Shown here in pieces: positions 54,820 through 64,000 of a DNA stretch of 64,000 nucleotides. A program made the position numbers and the translations under genes. A model generated the notes under the pieces. The model was not told the DNA's origin, searched no databases, and saw nothing but the letters and a program-made list of their open reading frames with translations. The stretch comes from Vicugna vicugna (Eukaryota), in assembly GCA_013265495.1 (NCBI GenBank), contig MU057651.1, forward strand, positions 1,933,674 to 1,997,673, written 5' to 3'. The first letter of the stretch is position 1; each line of letters starts with the position of its first letter.

Positions 54820-55500
54820 CGTTGCCCTCTGCCCCTAGGTTCCTGACATGAGACAGATTAACAGCAAAAAATAATCGAATAAAAGTTTAATAACATCGTG
54901 GGGAAGTCCCAGGAAAATCCAGTAACTCACCCAAGTAGCAGAAGTTTGGGAGGACAGTTAACAGTTGGTTGATTAATCAAGGGACATGAAGGGAAACGTA
55001 CGTGGAGAAGACAAAAAAAAAAATCTCAAAAAAAAACTAAAACAGCAGTTAACGTAAAATAACTAGGCTCATCTTTCCTCCCCTTCCGCCTGTCGGGGAG
55101 GTTCTGCGGTCACCGTCTGGAGCGGAAGCCCTCACTTTAAAGGCCATCTTCAGCCAAAGACGGAAGAGGATGTCAGGGTCCTGATTGGGGACGTCACAGG
55201 GGAGGAAGGCAGTTCACGTGGAGGTGGAAAAGCAGACATTTGGTGCTCAAATGTGTGCCGGGCCAGCCAGAGACAAAGGGGCACCAAGGGGAGTTTTAAC
55301 AAAAGGATTTTCCCAGGTTCCCCCATCAGCACGTCTGGTTCATGCCATGGCCATCCACGCCCAGGCAACAGCTCCCTCCCTGGGACAGGTGCTCTGTTTA
55401 CATTCTTCTGGGTGGTTCGGAGGGAGGTCAGTGTTTCTGTCTGAGTCCTTTGGGTCTTGCATACCAAAGAGACATTCTAGGGGGGCAAATCCTGCTTCCT
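54820..55500. mobile_element. ERV1-class LTR (MER21/MER34-group-like), interrupted
   Basis: tgacatgagacagattaacag, taactcaccc...ccctcactttaaaggccatcttcagccaaagac, cataccaaagagacattctaggggg. Confidence 0.6.
54945..55120. repeat. Unassigned interspersed element, copy B
   Basis: Homologous to copy A; flanked by agcagaag (54937-54944) and agcggaag (55121-55128). Confidence 0.7.
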
Positions 55501-55999
55501 AGAAGGCCAAGGGTGAGATCACCTGTCCGCTGTGTTATCGCGGGCAAGTGGCTCAGCGGAAGCCACCATCCTGGCCAACACCGTAGGCGCCACTTTACAG
55601 AATGGTCTGGCTCTCATCAGCAATGAGACGTTCAAACTGGGTGGCAGGCTGACTTTACATCCCGCCCACGCGCAAGATGGCTTGAAGAGAGGAATGGCGG
55701 CAAACGAGCGTCTTGTAACTGCATCACATCCGTCAGATCGTGCAGAACGTCTCCACCTGCGCTGCTGGAGGCACTGGCCAGGAGTGGAGCACCCGCGAAC
55801 TTTGCTCCCAGACTGAGGTCAGGGTGAATTCCAGCCCCTCCACTCACCAACCTTAAGTGATGTCTTCATTTTTTTTTTTTTTAATCTTCAGTGTCCTTAT
55901 CGAAGCGGAGATGTTCATGTGACCTTGGCGTAGGTGGAGAACATGTGAGCGAGTGTGTGTGCATTCTGTAATATTTTGCACATAAAAGGAATGGTGTAA

Positions 56000-56600
56000 A
56001 TGTGTCTACAAGGTCCAGAGAATAATAAACTAAAGAGCACAGATCCACACGTACCCACTATTCAGTTTAAGAAAGAAATCCTAATGCTTATGGAATGTGC
56101 CCAGCAAACCCCTCTCTCTCCATTCTCCAAAGAGAAGCCACTGTTCTGAAATTCCTGCTTATAAACGAACTGGATTCTGAAGATAGTATTCATCTGAATT
56201 ACCCTCAAAGCTGTGTTATTTCAGCTTCTCATTTTTTTTTTACTTTAAATACACAGTAGTGTACTTTATATATTTTTCTTCGACTTGCCTTTTCCCCACT
56301 CAATGTTGCATTCCTGACACCCCAGCATGTTACTGAAAATGGTAGTTCATTTAAAAAAAAATCGTTTTGTGTTATTCCATTGTGAGAAAGCAACACAATG
56401 GGTTTACCCACTCCACAAATGATGGACTTTGTGGTGGTTCCGGGTTTGTCTCTGAAGTTTGTTCCATTCTTTTTTTTTTTTTTCATCCTATTATAACTCT
56501 TTCTCATAAGCTTTCATGTCTAAACCTTCCTGTATAGCTGTGTGAGAATTTCTTCGGGATATAGAATTGGGAGGCCATGGGACATTTGTTCAATTTTCAT
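56000..56600 (-). mobile_element. Ancient L1 (L1ME-like) 3' region
   Basis: gtacccactattcagtttaagaaagaaa, cactcaatgttgcattcctgac, tattccattgtgag. Confidence 0.55.
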
Positions 56601-56917
56601 TCAACTATTTATTTTCAAAAATTGCTTAGGTGCTGAAGTTAGAGCAGCAGAAATACAAAAAATCCCTCCCCTATGGTGCTTTTATTCTGTGGGAAGGGCA
56701 AAAAAATAAATAAGCCAAAAAAAAAAAAACATTATGTTTGCCAAGACAGGCCTGGTTATGCTATAATAGCAAATGACCTCCAAATCTAAGAAGCTTAAAA
56801 AATTAAAAATATTATTTCTTGATCATGTGGCACGTTCTTCAAGGGGGCAACAGAAGGGCTTCTGGCCACCGTGACATCTTTCTCACTTTACAGACGTTGT
56901 CACTGCACTCAAGTCAC

Positions 56918-58436
56918 TGTTGCCACCAAGCTGGCCTCTGCACCCTGAAAGCCGGACTGAGACATGGAGGCAGAGTTTGGGGAGGAAAAAAAAAACCCAG
57001 CTTCATTGCAAAGGGGAGTCATAGCTGGCCATGCCTTAGAGAGTGTGACTGCATCTTGGGGTTGGGGTCTTGGAGCTTCATAGAAAAACTGGATGGATGG
57101 GAAGAGGTGATAACAGGGCATTTTACAGGGTGCTATGTTGCTCTTAATGTCTGTCCATTTTTCTGAGATTGTGGGCCCGTTAGCTTCTTCCCGGAGCACA
57201 GCCTCTGGGCTGAAGCCATTGTGAAGAGTGTCAGGGAGAAGTCTGGAGGTAGGGAGGGCTGTTTAGCACAAAAGCAGCGAGGGAGAGAGAAAACAAACCG
57301 CAGGGTTTCTAAAGAATCAGCAAACCGTGTGAGCATCAGGGAAGTTCGCTGTTAATTTATCCCATTTCCATGGAAATAGGGAAGCAGGCACCATGCCCCT
57401 CCCGCTGCTGCCTGCTGAACGGGGGCACCTTTGAAAGGAAGGAAGGAGGATAAAGATGCCAATTATTGGGCAGAGGTGGAGGGCTGCGTTGGAACTGAGA
57501 GATTCCTAAAGAGATAGATCGGGGGCTTTGAGGGGCCTGAGAAAATACAGACCTGGAAACCAGCTGGGGCACCTCGGTGTTCACGTCCGATGCACGCGCC
57601 TCTGCGTCTCGTCTCCTTTGTCCTGAACGTGCGATCTCACATCGTTTAAAATTTAGCTTGCATTTCCAGAGCTATCAGGCATAAAGGCGCAACAGGCCGG
57701 GTGAATCAGCACAAGTTCTCCCCCTTGGGACGCAGGGAACGCGTCTCAGGCCGTTCAGCTTTGCAATATGCCTTTTGCATTAAAAGGACTTGGGTGGATG
57801 GCCCGGCTACCCCCACCATAGGAACGGCAGCTGGCTTGCTTATGGAGACTGATTTACAATTTAAGACAGACTAGGGGGCTCCAGTGTCCACGAAGAGATC
57901 CCCACTGCTAGGTCCTGAGAAGCTCTGGTTACTAGGGTCTCTGAGACGGCCAGGACCCCCGGCTCCCCTTTATTTACTCTCATTATTTATTTTATCTCTC
58001 CAGGTGACCATGACCTCTCGGGGAGGCTTGTCCCTCGGGGGGATGTAAAGCCGTGTAGCCAGGTGTCTGTCTAAAGCTAACTTCTGAGACAGTGTTTATA
58101 TTTACATCATAGGAGCTGTTGACAACCACACGTAAGTCTTTTTGTTGTTGTTGTTAATACCAGCTCTAAAGTGATTTCATCGCCTAAAAACAACAATTAC
58201 AAGAGGGGACCTTAAGGAAAGTTTAAGTTTGGCAGCTGCAAGCTGCCAGCAGACACTGGCTGGGGGCGGGGGTCCCAGGTCCGGCGCAGCTCAGGAAACT
58301 CAAGTTCTCTGCAGTCCAGAGACTCGTCTGAAGCCACGGCTACAATAATTTCCCACTTTCCCCTTAGCTGTCCGAGCTATACTTTTGCCATTTTGATTTT
58401 CAAATGTATCTTCCTCCTTAATGGACAGTCTCACCT
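56918..58436 (-). mobile_element. ERV1-like LTR plus internal (leader/gag-like) remnant
   Basis: LTR-like start tgttgccacc...ggaggcagagtttggggagg; proline-rich minus-strand stretch (PPPLP...LYPP) typical of gag; no intact ORF. Confidence 0.45.
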
Positions 58437-58437
58437 T

Positions 58438-58800
58438 TTGCACATTTTCTCTCCCATTCCGCAGATTGTTTTTATTTTGCTTGTGGTTTCCTTTGCTGTG
58501 CAAACGCTTGTAACTTTCATTAGGTCCCATTTGTTTATTCTTGCTTTTATTTCTTCTAGGAGAAAATTTTTGAGATGTATGTCAGAGAATGTTTTGCCTA
58601 TGTTTTCGTCTAGGAGGTTTATAGTGTCTTGTCTTGTGTTTAAGTCTTTGAGCCATTTTTTATTTTTGTGTATGGTGTGGGGGAAAAAAAGACACAAATG
58701 CCCTTATTTACAAAACAGAAGCAGACTCACAGACGTAGAAAACAAACGTATGGTTACAGGGGTGGGGGAAGGATAAATTAGGAGCTCGAGATTTGCAGAA
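58438..58800. mobile_element. L1 fragment: antisense ORF2 piece (58438-58679) joined to a sense 3' UTR piece (58683-58800)
   Basis: Minus strand [48 protein letters not shown] nearly matches 51940-52090. Confidence 0.85.
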
Positions 58801-59149
58801 CTAAGTCTGCTGGAGACCCCAGGCCCCCTTAGGTCTCTGCACATCCTAATACAATCGTTACCTTATTGGACACATGGCAGACGCAGTCACAAGGTACAGC
58901 ATTTCATCACCCACAGTGAACAGTTTCAGTGAGTCCTCTGCCTTGGTCCCAGTCGAAATGAGTTGGATAAAAATGAGAGCAGTTCTCCCAATTCAGCCAT
59001 TGTCTCCATCAGAGCAGTGATTTCTTGTTTTCATTTTGGAATTCTCTATTCCTCAGTTTTCCCACAGAGGAAGCATGGGCAGTTTCAAAGGTCCCTTATG
59101 CTGGGCAAGGGGCTGGCTTATTCATCATTTGTGTTGGCAGAATGGGAGG

Positions 59150-59365
59150 GGCGGAGTTATACATACACATATATATTATTTTTTATATTCTTTATCATTA
59201 TAGGTTATGACAAGACATTGACTGTTTAGCCCACTGTACTAAACAAGTGGTCCTTGCTGTTTATCTATTTAATATATGATAGTTTGTATCTGCAAATCCC
59301 AGACTCCTAATGTATACCTCCTCCCTTCTCCCCTTTGGTAACCATAAGTTTGTTTTTTAGGTCTG
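59150..59365 (-). mobile_element. L1 3' UTR fragment
   Basis: tcattataggttatgacaagacattga...tgcaaatcccagactcc...cccctttggtaaccataagtttgtttt. Confidence 0.8.
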
Positions 59366-60399
59366 TGAACCTCAAACTTTGTTAACGATTCAAAGAGTCG
59401 AGGCAAAAATGCAGTCTCGGTCATAGCATCCCTCTTTGGGCAAACCTGAAAGCAGGCAGAAATATCTTTCAACTGTCCCCTTTCCTGCTCTGGGACACAT
59501 TCAGGACTTAGAATGACAGACAAGAGCTCTTAGTGTCTGGAGTACCATCAGTATATTTGAAGTAATTTGTATTGGATTCATCACACAGAGTTAAAGAAAT
59601 AATGTGACTAATTTTCATACATTTTATACTTATCGTACAAATCTAGACACCGCAAATGTAGAACTTCCAGGTTTCCTTAAGACTGGCGATCTTGACGGTT
59701 GAATTGAACAGATCCCGGCCAGTAACTTTTCTGCTAACAAAATACCACTATAATATCCATAAGGAAGTTTAGATCAGTGTTCCCTTGGCTGATCCAAGAA
59801 GGTGCATAAACTATAGAGCTAGTGTTGACTCTTCTGTATGAGGATTTGTCCCGTAGTTGGCAGTGTCTTACCTATGTATTATAGTATTTGCATAATCCTT
59901 GCTTCTGTATGCAGTTGCAAATGGGAGCATATATAAATTTATTCTGTGCCTACTGGTGTCTAATAACATTGCTGGATCCAGTGACACTGCTCATTTCATG
60001 CATTGCTTCTCATTGTTTGTCCAGAACAGGAGGGTTGTTGTGGAAAAACATTGTTACCCACGTAGCAGTGTTGCATCATGTTGTCTGGCTATAAACATAG
60101 TAACATTTCCATTTTTTCATTGACAGTCTTTAGAAAACAAATTTTTGTTTCTTGTCTTACAACACCGGCCAGTATCTCCAATACAATGCTTAAATTAGAC
60201 GGCTATTTTTATTCTATGGGCATTGTTGTTTTATTCCTGATTTTAAGGAGCCAGTTGCACGAATTTTACCATTAAGTGTGGACGCTCTAAATTTTATATG
60301 TGGTTTTCTTGTGGCAGGTGGATTTGGAACATGACCTTCAAGATTTCCACCCCCGGGTTCACACCTGCATAATCCCTTTCCTTTGAGCTTGGTCGGGAT

Positions 60400-60900
60400 G
60401 GATTTTCCTTATCCCATGTGCATCAACCTATCCACAGTTCCTTCTATTTCTACCTCTTCCTCTAAGTTCACATTGACTTTTTCAATTCCAACCCCACATA
60501 ACGGTTAATTTGAGCCTTCTCTCTTGCATATTTGTAGCTTCCATCTCTGGGGGTAACAGACCTGACCCTTATCATCTCCAATATGTTTTGTTATTTTGTT
60601 CAATCCTAGCATGCATAGTGTCTCAGAATTACTAAACTATGCCCTTAAAAAATGAATTTACTAACTAGAGTATAGTATTGTATATCATTCTTTTTGTCTT
60701 TAGACTCAAAGGATCCATGTCAAAACCCTCTTTTGCAAAATTGCATAGGTGAGCTCCTTTTTCCCTAGCCCCTTCAGTCCAGTTACACGTTCATTTGTAA
60801 TGCAGTTAGTTTTTTTAGCTTTCTTTTTCAGTTTTACTTGGCAGTACAATTGATGACTTGCATTTTGCTTTGCAGCCAGAATTGAGGGCCAGGTGCTAAA
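60400..60900 (-). mobile_element. Ancient L1 (L1MD-like) fragment, preceded by an MLT1 piece at ~60310-60400
   Basis: ttgttcaatcctagcatgcatagtgtctcagaattactaa; tgtggcaggtgg...gcataatccctttcctttgag. Confidence 0.5.
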
Positions 60901-61789
60901 ACCAGAGTGCATTCTTTTTGGAGATGCACTGTCTCACGAAGCAACGAACCATCAACATGTAAGCAGCATTTACCAACACAGCTTAAAGAGATTAAGTTCA
61001 AAACTAAAGATTTATTTGAAAGGAAGGGCATTATGTTGAAGGGTTAACAGAGCAGCTGTTCAGTATTTCCCATCCAAACACTGGTGCTTTAGAGTGCCTT
61101 ACACACAGGGATTTTATTTTTTCAATCTGTAATGAGGTTGCTAAGCATATACACTTGCCTAAATATTAGTGAATGACTGTATTAGAGATGCTTTTGCAGA
61201 GAATTGGGCAGGTCTGTGCACTGCGTGCAGGCTTCCGGATCTGCAGATGTTGCTAACGTGGTGGTTCCTTCTTGTATGTGTGTTATTTGACTGTGATGGT
61301 GAAATGAGCGTAATTCTTGTCTATTTCTTTATTTGTTTGCCTTTGACTGTGACAAACAGAGCCAGCTCTGAACTGCCTAAAATAGTAAAAGATCACATTG
61401 CCGTCAGCTGTGGTTTGAAGTTAAACGTATTGCGTGAGCCTCTATTCAAATGACTTGGATATACTGACCAGAGTCATTCTGGATGGTCACCAGATTACTG
61501 CAGTGGGTGTCAAATTGGAAATCAACAGTGTCCCTTCACTGAGAAAGGCTTACGTCCCCACCACAAAGTGAGCTGAGCTGACGCGCACACAGCTCCGTAG
61601 TAAATCTGTAAATTGCACAGCGTCTAAAGCCTTGAATTGCAGATCATTCTTATCATCCTCTGACCATGTAGAAACTGATTATGAAAACCTATGGTGAAGG
61701 CTGAGGCAGGACACTTACCATGGGGAACAATTCTGTCAAGTGTATTTGAACTGCGGAATGGACCATCAGTATTCCTCTAAGAAGATGCA

Positions 61790-62500
61790 CAGTACGACTT
61801 GCTTATTTTTTATTTTTTTGGTATCTTTGGCATTTTTAATCATCTGAATATATCCATGCCAAGAAGGAATGAGATATGTTTGTCAAAGGCAGATACAATC
61901 GAAGAGCAAAATTGGAAACCCTTTAAGAATAGGATTTCAATAGATTGTTGTGTTATGACATGCTCTGTAATTAAACAATTTTGGATCAGCTGAATGATGA
62001 TCTGGACGCTGCGTCTATGTGGGAATTTATCAGTAGACACTTTAGGAATTTGATTAAATGTTTTGAAAGTTACTTCTCACCAAAGAAAGTCTACTGACAG
62101 GAAATTGGTGTTTTGTAGTTAATTTACAAATTAAAAATTACAGTCAAATGATCTTTCTGTGATACGGCATCCATCTCTGTCGCTGCAAGATTATTTAAAT
62201 TTAACTGTGATTTACAGGATAATTTGCTAACGTGTTAAAGATAAATTTTGGAAATATCTTTGTTTCCTTTTCAATCAACCCATGCCTCATGTGGCTAACA
62301 GTTAAAAATCCTGGGTTTGCAGAAATTGCTTCAAATTTTATTTCTTTTCCTATTTCTAGCAATCTACTTCTGAAAGACTAATTTCTGTACCAAAATTTTT
62401 GTTAAAATATAAGCAATGTAGGGGTTTATTACCTAGCCCAACTTAGACTAGATAGATCAATAAACAGGAGGGGTAAGTAAATTGGTAACATTAAAAACTT
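61790..62500 (+). mobile_element. hAT-Charlie DNA transposon fossil (transposase C-terminal part)
   Basis: Decayed RLAY...IFGIFNHLNISM...KADTIE...KNRISIDC and later FAEIA-like and RLDR-like segments, as in Charlie/ZBED5-type transposases. Confidence 0.7.
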
Positions 62501-62849
62501 TAACTCTTGATTTTTTAGTGTTTCTTAAAACTTCAAGTGTATGCATTAATATGGAAAATCAAGTTTTTAATTGTAATTTTTGTTTTGTTTCTATTGAACA
62601 ATATTAGAAAATGTATGAACGTATATATACACTTACTTATACTGATTATTTATAAGCATATTCTCAAGGAACAAGGTGTGTACTTCTTATAATTCTTTTA
62701 TATCTTATACTTGGTTCAATTATATTGAATAAAAAGTAAATTTATTTTTGTTGAATGAAATCATAAAACTATTGGGAGAGTTTTAAATTCATGTCTTTAA
62801 GTTGTAAAAGATGTTTCCCGTATCATTCCAGTCATTCATTTTTGTTTTA

Positions 62850-63060
62850 TTTCATTTTTTTTAAACTGAGCCAGCATAATTGACATATAATATTCTATTA
62901 GTTTCAGATTTGCAACATAATGATTTAACATTTATATATATTGTGAAATAAACACCACAGTCCGTCTAGGTACCTTCCATCACCACACAGAGTTAACGGT
63001 ATTTTTTATCACAATGAGAACTTTTAAGATTTACCCTCTTAGCCACTTTGCAATATGTCA
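62850..63060 (-). mobile_element. L1 (L1MA-like) 3' terminus
   Basis: ataattgacatataatattctattagtttcag...atgagaacttttaagatttaccctcttagc. Confidence 0.8.
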
Positions 63061-64000
63061 TTTGCAACAACATGAATAGCAATTCATTTTTATTGTATGT
63101 CACAAATTATCAGTCCAGTATACATTGGCAATCAAAACAGACAGCCAAAATTGAAAACAACAAAAAAAAAGACAAAAAAAGAAAAAAGGTGAAGAAGAGA
63201 TAACCTGCCCTTTGACCCTGATAGCTTGAGAATGCAAGGAAGGCCCTTCTTGCCCGGCGTGGTGTTGATGTTAGCGCTGACAGCAGGTTTCACTACTACG
63301 TTCTCAGCAGAAAGGGTGAAGGGTGATGGCGCTGAACAGACCCCACAATATGGCTCATGAGCTGGTGGAACTCGCTTGCTCTGGGCAGTCACGATGGGCT
63401 AGCTCTGACCTCCCCCTGGGCCCTGGACGGTCATCACTGAGAGGTCCAGGTGGGAGGAAGAGAATGGTGGGCAAAAAGGGAAGCCATCCTCCAGGACACC
63501 CGGGCGCTGGCCAAGGTCCTGAGCCCAGCGCAGCCATGGGCTCTCCATGGGGCAGGCGGAGCATTCGCACGGTCCCGTCCCGGCGCCTGTCAGTGTGGAT
63601 GGTTCCAGTTTCTGTCTGCTGAATCGGTGCTCTGGGTTTATCAAGGATAGTCTGGAAAAGAAGAGGGGTGGACGTGGGGACAAAATGAGTGACAGAGTCC
63701 CGCCAAGTGGGACGAAAGAATTTACTATCAGAAACTGAGAGTCAGGATAAATCTCTGCCTTTTTTTTTTTTCAGTCTTAGCTTCTTTGGAAATGAACGAA
63801 CTAAAGGAGTTTCCTGCACTCTCATTCTGTGACATTCGCTTCATCGTCCCAACAGTAACCCTGGAATCAGTTATGCAGGAAAATTACACGACAAATATCT
63901 TACAGATAAGAAACCATCCTTTAAATATGTTTTTCCCCCTTTTGCTCTGTTCACTGGTTTATTCAGCCATTTGACAATGTTGCATTATTGTTTTAATATT

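Noticed and set aside
55532..55816. Coding-looking 94-aa ORF
   Set aside because: Non-ATG start, lies between an LTR and a MIR-like remnant, and could not be matched to any protein I recognise.

Overview
Mammalian genomic DNA, very probably from a camelid (camel, alpaca or llama), judged by four tRNA-Ala-like Vic-1-type SINEs and many young L1 3' ends of one lineage-specific type. I found no intact host protein-coding gene. The window looks intronic or intergenic and is dominated by repeats: young and ancient L1 fragments (one 1.3-kb young L1 keeps an open ORF2 C-terminus and an 18-bp TSD), ERV1/MaLR LTRs, an ERV internal remnant, MIR and L2, Tigger and hAT-Charlie fossils. It also holds a decayed RPS27A (ubiquitin-S27a) processed pseudogene that the ORF track misses, a ~1-kb perfect (TCTA)n tract, a perfect 3x102-bp AT-rich tandem and a 20-bp minisatellite. 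The most unusual observations are the strong AT-to-GC drift of the RPS27A retrocopy, an unassigned ~180-bp tail-less element present twice with a shared terminus, and an ORF2 in-frame deletion shared by two separate L1 copies. I see no convincing evidence of a new biological system. Repeat family names and parent-gene comparisons come from recalled consensus sequences, not from database searches, and boundaries without a TSD are approximate.
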